Positions 13,400 through 25,004 of a stretch of 64,000 bases of DNA are shown in pieces. The translations under genes were made by a program, and so were the position numbers. The notes beneath the pieces are model-generated. The model had not been told where the DNA came from. It did not search any database and was given only the letters and a program-made list of their open reading frames with translations. The DNA is from Paragordius varius (Eukaryota > Animalia > Nematomorpha): the NCBI GenBank assembly GCA_964247055.1, contig OZ176055.1, positions 5,828,001-5,892,000 on the forward strand, in the 5' to 3' direction. Position 1 is the first letter of the stretch. Each line of letters opens with the position of its first letter.

Positions 13400-14502
13400 A
13401 GGTGATGTTTATCAGATCACAGATTATTACTAATCTAACGATTAATTTGAAACAAACACATTTCGCTCATATGATTAACACACACAACTTGAATTCACCA
13501 AAAACAACCGTTTTATTTTTATACAATAGCAGCATGCATTGCCACAGGAAGGGATTTTTAAAGTTATTGTTAACAGACACATATGTTGAATACGCTTTTT
13601 GACTGATATATGTGAATTGATTCCGAAATATTTAAAATTCCGCACTTGAAAGTGTAGGTAGTTGGTAGACCACACACCTGAAAAACGCTAAAATGCTAGA
13701 GTTTTTGAATTTTGACCTAATTCAATAACAACAATTGGAAGAAGCATTTCATGTAACACAAAAAACAATCAATAGATGTCTATGAAGTTCAATAGGAAAG
13801 GGTAATAAACTCGGTAAATGGGTCCGACATAATTTGAATGAACGTCACTTCGAAAATTACAAAGTTATTTATGAAGCTCTGCTTCAACGTCAAGAAAAGA
13901 AATCATTTTTGCTCGAATTGGGACGGGTGATAAAAATGTTTTTTTACAAATTAATACGGAAACAAGAATTTCACCTTGCCAATCAAGACCATCAACACCA
14001 ATGCCAAATCGCTTCGGCAAGAAGATTTCGCTCTGTGTCTGAGGGAGCAGAATGTATTATGCACTTTTCAAACCTCATAAAACCGTTAATGCCTAACGCT
14101 ATTAAGTTATTAATTTATACTATGTAATCAAATGACCGGAATTGTCTAGAAGACATGGTAAAGTGATTTCGCTAAAGAGCAATGCTTTGTTTCTTCATTA
14201 ATATTGATGATGAGAAATTCTTCACATCCGCTACATTCTCCTGACCTGGCATCAAATATTACCTAATGCCAACATTTTAGCACATGCTGCGCAACATTAC
14301 CTCAATAATTTTGAAGACGTTGGAAAATGTCTTAACGAATGGTTTGCTGCAAAAGCAACAGTTTTTCTAACACGGATTTATATATTACCTGAGGGGCGAA
14401 ATGTCTAGAAACGATATACCATATTTTTAAAGTAAATAATAAATTTCCTTTCAAAATTACAGTTTTTCACCAAAACTACCTCTAAAAAAGAATACACCTG
14501 AT
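13400..14502 (+). mobile_element. Decayed mariner (Mos1-like DD34D) transposon
   Basis: Frameshifted translation gives GKWVRHNLNERHFENYKVIYEALLQRQEKKSFL (cf. mariner WVPHEL motif), HPLHSPDLAS (cf. YSPDLAPSD) and FEDVGKCLNEWFAAK. A possible terminal repeat ...TACACCTGATA lies near 14492-14502. The left boundary is approximate. Confidence 0.85.
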
Positions 14503-14798
14503 AAACATAGCAGCCTCTAATTAGCATGAATTTAAGGTGTTTGGATATATTATTTGCCAAGCTGTTATTTATATATATATCCAAAATAATTTGGTATAGG
14601 TCAGTCAAATTCTACAAAAAAATTCTGACATGTGCGTTTTGTTTTAATTTGAATTACGATTAATGTAGGAAAACAATAACCCCTAAAATCAAAACTACTT
14701 TGAGCCCGGTACACTTTTTTATTAAAATATTTTAAGCTAGAAAATTTCCCCAATAAATTAATTCATTAAGTATATAATTACATAATTAATTAAATTAC

Positions 14799-15855
14799 TT
14801 GGCTCTGATTCACTAAAGCAATAAGTGTAGGGGCTCGCTTCATTATTTTCAACAATCCTCTTTCTATATTCGCCATTAAAGCTCAAATTTGTGGACATCC
14901 AGATTTTATCCCCATCGGGTAAAAGATACATTCGTTCGATTTCGACATTTTTCTCAGTTGTATCATTACACTGAGGTGACTTCAATGTTGCTTTCATAAA
15001 AAAATAAGAAAAATTTGTTATATAAATACGCTTACTTTTATTGACTTTTAGGGTGAATCCATATATTTTAGTACCATTTAACTTTAAACTATACGTCCCA
15101 TTATCTACATCAGTAATATTTTTGATAAAAAGAGTACGATTATTGGATGCATATTTTGTTGTTACGGATGCATTCTTTTTGTGAAGCTTGACTCCATGCA
15201 ACAACATTTTATTATTATAATCATAGTTTAATATTAGATCCGATCCGTTAAAAACAACAATATCTAAAAATTGTAAAGAAACCTTTTAATTTACATAAAT
15301 AAATTTGCTAGGTATTTTGAAATTACATCTATCATGATGACTTTTCAGGTTTTATATAATATATATATTCGAAATTCCTACCTTTCTTTCGTACGTAGGC
15401 TATTCGAGTTGCACAGAACTCTTTTTTATCTCTGTAAGCATGTAAATTGAATATCGGAATACAATTAGCCTTTATACTTTTACTAAAGCTATATTTTTTT
15501 TTGTGTTGTGGATTTTCGATTGTCTCAAAATATTGATAGCTATTGTTGCAATAAACATAAATTTCATATTTCGTAATATAAGCGGGTGCAGTCCAATTAA
15601 TTTCATAACGATCCTTGTCTAATTTTACACTGCCCTTCAACGGTCTTCTAAATGGTTTTTCTGCGCAAAATTTTAGCATATATATAACTTTGAATAATGC
15701 CATTTAAATATCTTTTAAAAAATATAGAAGATACATTTTTTACAAAATATAATTTAATGACATATATATATATATATACCTGAACAATCCTCGGCCAACA
15801 ATATCTCAATATTAAATAAAACATAAAGACCAAATATAAAATTTGCCCAAGTCAT
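14799..15855 (-). CDS. Orphan secreted or cell-surface protein: signal peptide, FN3-like domain and Ig-like domains (3' end unresolved)
   Basis: Phase-1 exons 15855-15780 (MTWANFIFGLYVLFNIEILLAEDCS), 15660-15382 (YEINWTAP..ITKYEIYV, FN3-like), 15263-15036 (IVVFNGSDLIL...LFIKNITDVDNGTYSL, Ig-like) and 14990-14799 (C...YTYCF). Tentative further exons start at 13026 and at 12551-12489. Confidence 0.65.
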
Positions 15856-16315
15856 AATGTTCTTTTACTAGGTTTTTTTTTCAACAAAAAATAGGAAAGA
15901 TAAATTTTAATAAAATAATATAAACGAAAAAAAAATAATACAGAAAATTGCTTAGCTTTTACATTTCATTTAATGTATTATTTATTTAATTATACCTCCT
16001 TCGAAAATTATCCGAAGGCGAGCCTTTGTTCGAACAACAGGCGTCTACCAATCTATAAACATTTTCGAATGAGTAATTGAGATACTGATATTTAATCAGA
16101 ACAAATTTCATTTATATTAATTGTGTAATAATAAATGTTTTTACATCGTAGGTATACATGATATAATACAATAACAAGAGATATTATCAGTAGTTCTTCC
16201 GGTAATTTAAATGGCTAATAGGGGAAATTTTAATTTACACGTCTGTTTACTAGGCAATAGATTTTTCGTTTTTATAAATTATATTTTTATTTGTGGAGAA
16301 TATGTGTTTAATTAA

Positions 16316-16835
16316 CACTGCACTACCTTTTCACTATTTTGTCCTAGTTTACCATTTAGGGTAGTTCCCAGAATTTTGTAAATAAAGTGCAGTTTTGAAA
16401 GTGAATTTAATTAAAATTTAATTATCAAACATGTTCTCATGTATTAGATAAAATAGCTTACATTCTTTTCAGTTTTGTGACTTCTACAGACTCAAATTGG
16501 AACATATCCGAAACAGGATAGAAACGAACAGTAAATATTAAAATTGAAATATAGCAAGTTTTTGCTGGTGCTTTTTAATTAGTTACATTTCAAACATAAT
16601 ATACATTTATTTGCGTGTTGGATTATCGGTTTAAAAAAACTTATGTAAAAAATGGCGGTAAAAAGTTCGAGATAAATATTTTTTCAATTTTACATTTTTT
16701 TAAATTTTTTTATATAATACGCCTAAAAGGCTAAAGAAACCATATTAAATTCGGCTTAATTCCTTAAAATCGTTTTTAGATATTCAAATTTTAAATTGCT
16801 CTCGGATATTAAACTACCCCAAAAGGTATTGATTG
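16316..16835. mobile_element. TTAA-flanked piggyBac-type MITE, family 2
   Basis: TTAA at 16312-16315 and 16836-16839. Ends CACTGCACTACCTTTT / AAAAGGTATTGATTG are imperfect inverted repeats. Reverse-complement homologue at 22994-23500. Confidence 0.7.
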
Positions 16836-17454
16836 TTAAATATGTAACTAAAAAAGAAACAAACAAGTATACACCCCTTTTACTTATTTAAAAAACCAAG
16901 ACCAACTCTCGTATTAAATAATTTTAAATTATAATATTTTTTAACTTTATAAAATTATATTTGAAATCTGGAATAACACCCGTAAGGTTTTATAGAATAA
17001 ATTTTTTATCATAATGCATAAAATGGTTTATTTAATTATAATAATATCGAATAGAGTTTAAGGGATATTCTAAATATAATCCGTAAAAATAATTGAATGT
17101 GAGATCAATAAATTTCTGAAATATAATGTATAATAAAAATTATTTTTTCAATCATATTATAATTTTATTCAGTTTTAATTACGCAATAAAAAATCTGGGT
17201 AAAATTTTGTCTTTATTAGATGCCATAGAATGTTTTAAAATCCCAATATAGATAATTTTTTTGTCTTTTAAAAATAAATATAATTGTTTTATATTTTATT
17301 GTATTTTATGGTAAATTACGGGTTTAATATTTTTTATATAAACAATCGTTAAAATTATATAGATAAAAATTAAACCTAAAATAATATTGAAAATTGAACT
17401 GTATTTTCGTTTATAAAATTATTTCACGAAGAGTTAAAGATTGTTAATTTATAG

Positions 17455-17712
17455 GCGTGGCTGGGAAGGAAACAGGGGCTGATGCACAGGGCGCCATAGT
17501 TGAAGGGGCGCTGAATTTATTTTTTTTTATTTTGTTTCAAAAAATAGGTATTTAAAAGTTTTTATTTTAAATAATAAGTAAACAATTTACCCATTTATGA
17601 GTGGTCATGCCTACGGTTTGAATTTGATTATTTTTTAAGCAAGGGGGGGGGGAAGAGGGGGGCATCAAGGATTCATGCACCGAACGCCAGAAATGCAATC
17701 TACGCCTCTGTA
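17455..17712. repeat. Short GC-richer non-autonomous DNA element remnant
   Basis: Imperfect inverted ends AGGCGTGGCT...TACGCCTCTG enclose a G-rich tract that is atypical of the AT-rich background. Confidence 0.35.
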
Positions 17713-17819
17713 TAGACAATAATGTTAGTTACGCGTACAAATGCATTCGAGTTTATCATATGCAAATGGATCAAAAAATTACAGCATACAAAATTAGCCC
17801 AAAAATATATAATTACCTG

Positions 17820-18600
17820 GTTTCATAGGTCTTTTTCGGTTTTTTGGTAAAAATGCTTGCATTTAAAGTATAAATTATTTAATATTTCATTCAAAATAAT
17901 TTTCATGGGCTTCTTTACTTTTTGCCCACCTCTTAAGTAGTATATAAATACAACGCCATAAAACTGATGTTTTCTCCTTGCAAACTAAAGCTATAGCGTC
18001 TTTGAAATATTAGAATGCTTTCTGCGTAGGTGTACCTCATTGATGCGAATGTGTATTCGTCTGATGGAGCCAGGTCAGGAGGGTTCAGGGAATGTGTAAT
18101 AATTTCGTATCAAAGCGGATTGCAAGGCGTCTTTCATTGATTTGGCTGTATAGACGGAGCATTGTAATGGAGAAATCAATTTGGCATGTCTTGTGGCCGA
18201 TTCCGGTGGTTTTTTCGATTATTTCATGGTTTATTTTATTCATTCGTTAGTCATGGTGTTGTGTATTAACGGTTTCACCGGGATTCATAAGTTCCTAGAA
18301 TACACTATCGCTCCTCCAGACACTTGTCAAAGTGATTTGGTTTTGGTGTTGATTGACCAGATTGGCAAGGTAAATGCCATGATTTTTCCGCTTTGGATTT
18401 ACAAAGTAAGGCCACTTTTTGAAACTCGTTGCAATATAATGTAAGATGTTGAAGCAGGATTACACATGTCACTTTGCGATTTTTGATTGTGTACGACCAA
18501 GTTCTTAAAATTGATTGTATGCGCTCGAATCTGTGGTCAGTTAACTTAACTATAAATCTGCAGTGATGTGAACACTCTTCAGATATAAGCACATGAAGAG
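17820..18600 (-). mobile_element. Decayed mariner transposase, second remnant
   Basis: Minus-strand fragments KSKAEKSWHLPCQSGQSTPKPNHFDK (cf. NPKRKKSWVDPGQ..ST.KPNRFGK), LHYNAP (cf. LHDNAP) and PPDLAPSD..FASM. Boundaries are approximate. Confidence 0.8.
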
Positions 18601-18687
18601 GCATTAGAAATATATTAAAACCTCAAACAATTAAATAAATAAATATACAATATAATATAAGGATTTAAAGAAATGCGCATTGAAATT

Positions 18688-18945
18688 ATACGGACAAAAT
18701 GTAAAAATATAAAGACAAATATATTTTTCTAAAAGACAACTATACTTTTAAAACCATATTATTTTGAATACAACTTATTGTTTTGAACTGTAAAGTATGA
18801 AATAAAGATGTAAATTGGTAAAACAATCAATTATTTAATTTACAATTGAAATTAAATGATTTTTATAGGATAAATCAAGGTTTTAAAAAGTATGATTATC
18901 TTTTGAAAATGAAATTGTCTTTATATTTAACGCTTTGTCCGTATA
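18688..18945. mobile_element. TA-flanked MITE with ~70-bp terminal inverted repeats (exemplar of an abundant family)
   Basis: TA|CGGACAAAATG...AAAAGACAACTATACTTTTAAAACC is mirrored by GGTTTTAAAAAGTATGATTATCTTTTG...TTTGTCCG|TA. Related copies or arms occur near 1430, 34685-34946, 42008, 43383-43635, 44940, 45060-45124 and 62090-62170. Confidence 0.75.
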
Positions 18946-18959
18946 AATTCAATTTTTAC

Positions 18960-19338
18960 TGTAATTCAACTATTAGAATTTTTGCTAATTTTAATATCTA
19001 GTAAGTTTGGATAAAAGCGCCGAACTTATATCCAAAATTATCTCATGCCCTACGTATTTTGTTACCTTTTGGTTGTGAAACTGGATTCTCAGCCTTGGTT
19101 CAATTAACAAAACAACAAATTGGTGCTAATAATGATTTGTCCTCGATATGGAAGTAATATTTCAACAATTGCCGATACAAAAATAACATTGATCCTGATT
19201 TTTATAATATTAATAAAAATTTTGAATTTTTAGCTTCGATGATCCCCGTGCTATTCTACCGCTAAAATGACGTGGTCACGAACCCGACCAAATCGAACCT
19301 ATAAACTACAATCAGGTCCTTGTAAAAAAGAACCATTG
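18960..19338 (+). mobile_element. hAT (Charlie/Buster, ZBED-like) transposase 3' remnant with right end
   Basis: Translation YPKLSHALRILLPF..CETGFSALVQL resembles the hAT C-terminal dimerisation domain. It ends in GAACCATTG (cf. the Charlie terminus GAACCACTG). Confidence 0.65.
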
Positions 19339-20576
19339 CTCTCCTAGGAATTCGGAGGCGGCACTTTTTTTGTCCCGAAATAAGAAAGATTATTGTTCCC
19401 GGTTTTCGTTGACATTTCAAAAGTGTTGACAAAATAATTTTCCGAGTATCATACGACACTGTTGACCATTGTATGAAGAGTTTATGCATTGCAATCACCA
19501 CCAAATAGATAAGCTTAATTAACACTTTTGAGCGACAACGACGGCTTATTGAACGCGAACCAAGAATTTTGGCTATATAAACAAAACAAGGTGGCGAAGA
19601 ATTAACAACATAGTTAATTAATTAATTTGCTTTTTATAAATGTAATAAATATTGCAAGGTTAGTTAGTATAAAAACAAAAAATTTAAAATTGTCCCTAAG
19701 TCGTAACTATATGAAAATAACCAATTATATTGTTTGGATAGTATAAAATATATTTATTGCATTTAGCAATACTTTCAAATAAATATATTTTTACAATGAC
19801 TTTTATAATATATTTTTAGCTCGATCGGGATGAACATATGCCAAATTTTTCGGTTAATCACAGTGAAGGGTAAGATTATTCACCCTAATACTCATTTATT
19901 TTTTTTATTCATTTAGTGACAATACAATAAATCAGTGGTTGTCGAAAAAATGCAAGGGCTGTGCACCATATACCGAAAAAACTTATAGCTGTTTGACACA
20001 TTTACAGATATTTATATTCAATAAGTAATCAAAAAATTTAATAATTAATTCAGTGTCGTAAAAAGCACTTTTAGGAATAAATTGATTACAACTGCAATAA
20101 ATAAACCAGTAAAAGTTTTTTAGCAATTTAACCATTGTTATTTCGGAAAAAGGAGAAAATAGATTTTAACCTAAATAAAAATTCTAATAAATTAGGAAGG
20201 AAATATAAGCAACAATTATAGCACTCGTTAACTTCACCTAAGTAGGATTTTGTATTGTTGTTAAAATTACTTAAACTATAAAGGTTCAATAATATTAACA
20301 AAATGCGCAAAACCTATTGTCAATATTTTCTAAAAAAACCGAAAAAATAATTAATACTATCATTATTCATAATTTTTCGGTAGGGTTTCTGTATAATTTA
20401 TGTTCCTATATTTGTTGGCCCTTATTTATAATAATTAATTAATTAGTCTTCTTTTCTAATCTAATATGTTTATTTAACATTATTATAAACCCAATCTCTC
20501 ATAAATACAATCCTTTTACAAATTAAGATTAGCAACTCAAAACTTTATATTTTCATTAAAATACTATTAAAAAAAT

Positions 20577-21437
20577 ATGACTACGATTAAAGCAACGAAA
20601 TTATTATTAATTATCATTGTATGTTTTGGTTTATGCAGTATGGCTACTCTTTCAAAACCACATTCAGCTACAACCACGCCGCCGGTATGGAGTCCAACTT
20701 CAGCTAAAATCGGAGAAGGTTTAACATCATTAATAAGTTTGTAAAATGAAATTCGAGTGTAAAAGCAATATTTTTGCAAAAATATTGATGACGGATTTCT
20801 GGTAAAAGAAACAGATATACAGTTTGAAGCAACATAAGGGGTTAGCCTAATCACTAGGGTGATTAGAGGTTGAAATAAAAAGAACTCCTGACTATACATT
20901 TGTTTTGATGGTAGAACTCATTTTGCAAAATAGGAAAACGCAACTTTTGAACTGACATTTTATACAAACCCTAACCATATGATTTTAGGCTATTTATAAA
21001 TTGCGAATATCTGCTAAAATGGTAATGAATCTAAATAAACAAAATTTTATCATTTTATATAAATGATCCCCAATTATTTTTAATATTCACTTTTTGCCCA
21101 ATTTCGATTTTCTCAAATATTTCAAAAACTAGGTCGCCAAACTTTTAAATTCAGCAATAAATTCGCTGGTCATAAGTTATCTCATGTAAAAAACTTAACC
21201 CTCCATTTTGCACAGTTATATATATATATATATATATCATGTTTTATGTTTTTAATTCATTTAGGTTTTAGGGCTGGAGAATTTTACGAAATGCGTGATC
21301 CAATTCCATTAGGAGGATGGCTTATACTTTTATTGATAGTACTCTTTCTGTTTGTCGTCGCTTTGTGCTCGGATTTTGGGTATTTATGGTGTGGGTTACC
21401 TATCGGAGATATTATCTGTTCAGAATTTAGAATTTAG
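20577..21437 (+). CDS. Small orphan single-pass membrane protein (signal peptide, S/T/P-rich ectodomain, TM); 3' structure uncertain
   Basis: Exon 20577-20718 encodes MTTIKATKLLLIIIVCFGLCSMATLSKPHSATTTPPVWSPT with a phase-1 donor. Phase-compatible exon from 21265 encodes GWLILLLIVLFLFVVALC. The same frame continues past two stops to a PPAY motif and a strong donor at 21676. Confidence 0.45.
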
Positions 21438-21999
21438 ATCTCCACCCACTCATCAGAATGGATGAAAAACAACCAAAGTAATATTGTTAAATTAGGGACA
21501 AAAATAAAAAAATGGTGAGAAAGCCAAAACATAATATACGCAAGTAATCTATCTAGTATGATTAATGCTGTACCTCCAATACAAGCATCATCATCAAGCA
21601 GAGTCGTTAAAAAATTGAGACATCATCCCCAACAAACACGGCCGCCCGCGTATTCGACAAATATCTCGATCACGAGGTAAGAATAGTGATTTTACACCCA
21701 GATAGAAAAATAACCCCAATCGATTTTATCTTTTTTAACCCCCAAGAATTTTCTTCTACTTTTACGGATAGTTACTTACAAAATACCTATCAAAAAAATA
21801 ATGTGTAATGATTCCATGCGCAAACTTCAAATAAATACATATAAAACATATTTTTATAGTTATGCTAAATGTTTATTCATTGGTGTATCAAAAAATTAAC
21901 AAAGTCTAAATAAAAAAAAATATTTAGATAAAAACACACCAAAAAACTTTTTAATACACAAAATTTGTATTGCTGCATTATTATCAAATCAAGGTTTAA

Positions 22000-22450
22000 T
22001 ATAATACATTCCATTTAACGGTTTGGGTTCCACTCTTTTCTTTGAAACATCAGCCCGATTCGTGACCGGTAAAGCCCGATTTAACGTTTAAATTTTTTTT
22101 GTTAACAACATCGCAAATTTTACAAAGGGCATCACAGACGCGCTAATCATAAAATATTTAAACTTTTTAAATTCCATTGTACACTTAAATCATTCTGTTT
22201 TAAATTAATAAAATTGTAGAAACTACAAAAGATTTAGTCGTGGCTTTTTTGACATCGTCGGATCCGTCTGCATAAATTTGCTTTAATCGACTTCGAGTTT
22301 TTTACCCTTTTCCTCCTAAAAAAACATGTTATTTATAAAAAATATATAAAATAATGATTATGGTTGGGTTTTACCGGTGATGAATGGAATTCGCTAATAA
22401 CACTTCATGTCCTTTCGGGGTAGTGTGAAACCCAAGGTAGGACCATTTAA
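22000..22450 (-). pseudogene. SUGT1: Decayed, intron-retaining fragment of SGT1/SUGT1 (SGS domain)
   Basis: Exon-like block ~22316-22229 flanked by ttttag/gtagtt reads EEKGKKLEVD/.KQIYADGSDDVKKATTKSF (cf. SGT1 [20 protein letters not shown]). Downstream reads KSG...TNRADVSKKRVEPKPLNGM (cf. [20 protein letters not shown]). Frameshifts and a deletion are present. Confidence 0.75.
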
Positions 22451-22748
22451 TATTCAAATATCTTAAAAAAATACTTTAAGTATTGGCCAATTTTGAAAAG
22501 ATGCCTTTTATATTAGGCGCACGATATTTTTTGAAAAATTGCACATAAAAAAACTTTCTCGTCGCCATTTTCTTGAATTTTTTAATCGCTAATAAACAGG
22601 CAAATCAATGTATATTATGGTACAATATGTAAATAATTAACTTTGAAATGTTTCATACCTTCTAACAGCAAATTTTTGAGATTTGCTTTTAATATCAATT
22701 ATTCGTATCAACCGTATTTTGAAGTTATCTGAATTTGGGACTCTAAAG

Positions 22749-22800
22749 CAGGGGTGTCCAACTCGCGGCCCTCCAAAATATTTCTGTGGCCCGTAAGAAA
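22749..22800 (+). repeat. hAT-type MITE terminus
   Basis: CAGGGGTGTCCAACTCGCGGCCC resembles hAT termini. Related sequences occur at ~19930-20100, 28700-28810, 29065-29270, 49756, 60550-60700 and 63730-63925. Confidence 0.55.
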
Positions 22801-22993
22801 TCTAAAATAAATTAAATGTAATCTAAATAGAATTTCTGATTAAATTTTTCGAATTGGCAATGAAATTAGCGAAAATTGTTAAAATAAATAGTCGTCTTTA
22901 CAGTCTTATAATCAAATAGACTTTGCGAATGCGCTCGTCGTTTTTTGATCGGTAAAATTAAGGTTTTTGATAATACAGGAGAAGAAGGTTTAA

Positions 22994-23500
22994 CATTTCA
23001 TTACCTTTTGGGGTAGTTTATATCCCAGAGCGAATCGAAGGTTGATTTTTAAAAGTATTTAAGGTATTGATCTGAATTTAAAGCTTTCTTTAGCCTTTTT
23101 GGCGCATCATACTTTTTTTAAAAAAAGTGTAAAAATCTTTATCTCAAACTTTATTGCTGGCATTTTTTATAAGTTTTTTGAAATCGCTAATGCAACAGGC
23201 AAAAATCTATAGTTATAAAATGTAAAAAATTTAATTATAAGAAGCTTTCAGGCTACATTTTACCAGCAAATACTAAATGTATTTTGATTTTAATATCAGT
23301 TTTCGTTTATATCGTGTTTTGGAGCTGCCAATTTTAAACTAGACAAGTCAAAAAATAAAAATATACATAAGAACAATGTTTGATAATTAAATTTTAACTA
23401 AAATAACCTTCAAAACAATAGTTTATCTACAAAATTTGAGCTATAAAACTGCCCAAAATGTGATCGCCTACAAAAAAATGAATATGCAGCTGATTACATT
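22994..23500. mobile_element. piggyBac-type MITE family 2, diverged copy
   Basis: TTAA at 22990-22993 is followed by CATTTCATTACCTTTTGGGGTAGTTTATATCCCAGAGCG. It aligns to the reverse complement of 16316-16835. A further partial copy lies at ~22440-22740. Confidence 0.6.
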
Positions 23501-24089
23501 CCATAAACTTTTGGGGTAGTTTTATCCAGAGCGATTTAGCATTTGACTCTCATTTAAGGCAAGCGGAATTTACAAATATGTTATATATAACCTTTTAGGC
23601 CCATTTTACAATTTTTTTAAAAAATTAAAATTAAAATAATCCTCACCCTGTCTGATTTTGAGAAATAACAGAAAATTTTTTAGTATCGCATTTATAATTT
23701 CAGTATACATTATCCTGAAGCGTTGAATCGAATGATATATGACTCCTTAACATTTATTTTTGCTGCGCACTGTGTAATAGATTGAAAAACTGAGATAGCG
23801 TTCATATTAAATTGAAAAAAAACAATATATTATAACATTAATCAAAAACTCAATTAATCCAAAGTATTTCTAAATAATCTTTTAGTTTTACAAGTATATT
23901 TTCGTTGGCTCCTTTTAGGTTCATAAGAGTTAACCACTGTAAACCCGATTGTTTTTCTTTGTTACCGCTAATTAATCCCTATAAAAAAATAATTTATGTA
24001 TAGAGAAAGTAATTTTTGGATTTTGTAAAATTTGGAAAATTTTTCCCGATTTTTTTTATTCAATGTGGAGATAAAATACAGGCTATTAA

Positions 24090-24664
24090 CACTTGGATAC
24101 AACACACTCATTTTAGTCCTTCGATTCGAATTGGGGTAGTTGGATACCCCAGGCCTGTTTAAAATTAAATTCTTTAAAAAATATAGAAGGAATCGAAACC
24201 ATGGCAAAATTTTGCACTTATATAACATTAATAAACCAAAATATATAAAAAATTTTATTCAAAAATACTTGATATTACTTATTTTAAGCTAAAACCTTAA
24301 GGTAAAAATTTCGTCAACGTGGCATGTGTCAAATTGTAAAATTGAAAAATTATACAAACTAAACCGCTTTTTCTATTTCTATCATTAGATGTAATTTATA
24401 TAAAAAATTAGCTTTAGTTTTACCCTTAAATTAAATGAAGACGATATTTTGCAAAAATTTTGTAAAATAAAAATGGCGTCGAAGTAGTATGACATGGAGC
24501 TTTTTTTTCAAAACAAAATTTTATCAAGATGTTTTGGCATATTTATATAATATTTATCAGGATAGAAGCATAAATTTAAATTGGGACCGTTTCCAGTAGT
24601 TTTTTAAAAATATTAATTTAAATTTAGTCTGGGGTATTTAGATACCCCAATTTGAATCGAAGAG
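24090..24664 (+). mobile_element. piggyBac-type MITE family 1, copy 4
   Basis: TTAA at 24086-24089 and 24665-24668. Highly similar to copy 1 along its length. Retains the subterminal GGGGTATTTAGATACCCC palindrome. Confidence 0.85.
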
Positions 24665-25004
24665 TTAAACAAAAAAATTACATACATGATAACAGACATA
24701 TCTATAAAATACCCTTTAGCCAATGAAAATACCTAAATGGCTAATACATTAGTTACTTACTATGCATACAATTATCTTGTTTCAACCCGATTTATATTAA
24801 TTACGAAATTATTAAGATTTAGGCTTTCATTTCCTGACAGTAAAGTCATACAAAATGTACATACATAAAGGCCCAACCCTCTAAATTTCTTAGTTTAGAA
24901 TATTCAGTATGAAAGACTACTAAAATTTATTGGATGGTTAATGAAAATGAAATAAATATGAATGTGTTCGTAAAATAATAACAAAAACATTTGACTTTTA
25001 ACAA

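Noticed and set aside
19340-19600. GC-richer stretch considered as an snRNA, SL RNA or tRNA
   Set aside because: No recognisable U1-U6, SL, 7SL or cloverleaf signature. It abuts the hAT remnant.
21435-21518. Non-standard genetic code (TAG/TGA reassigned)
   Set aside because: Other genes in the window terminate normally at TAA and TGA (HRD1, VAC14, both SLC6 copies), and no conserved gene needs readthrough.
23968-24228. ORFs 23968-24228 and 8792-9016
   Set aside because: They overlap non-coding MITE ends and are chance ORFs.
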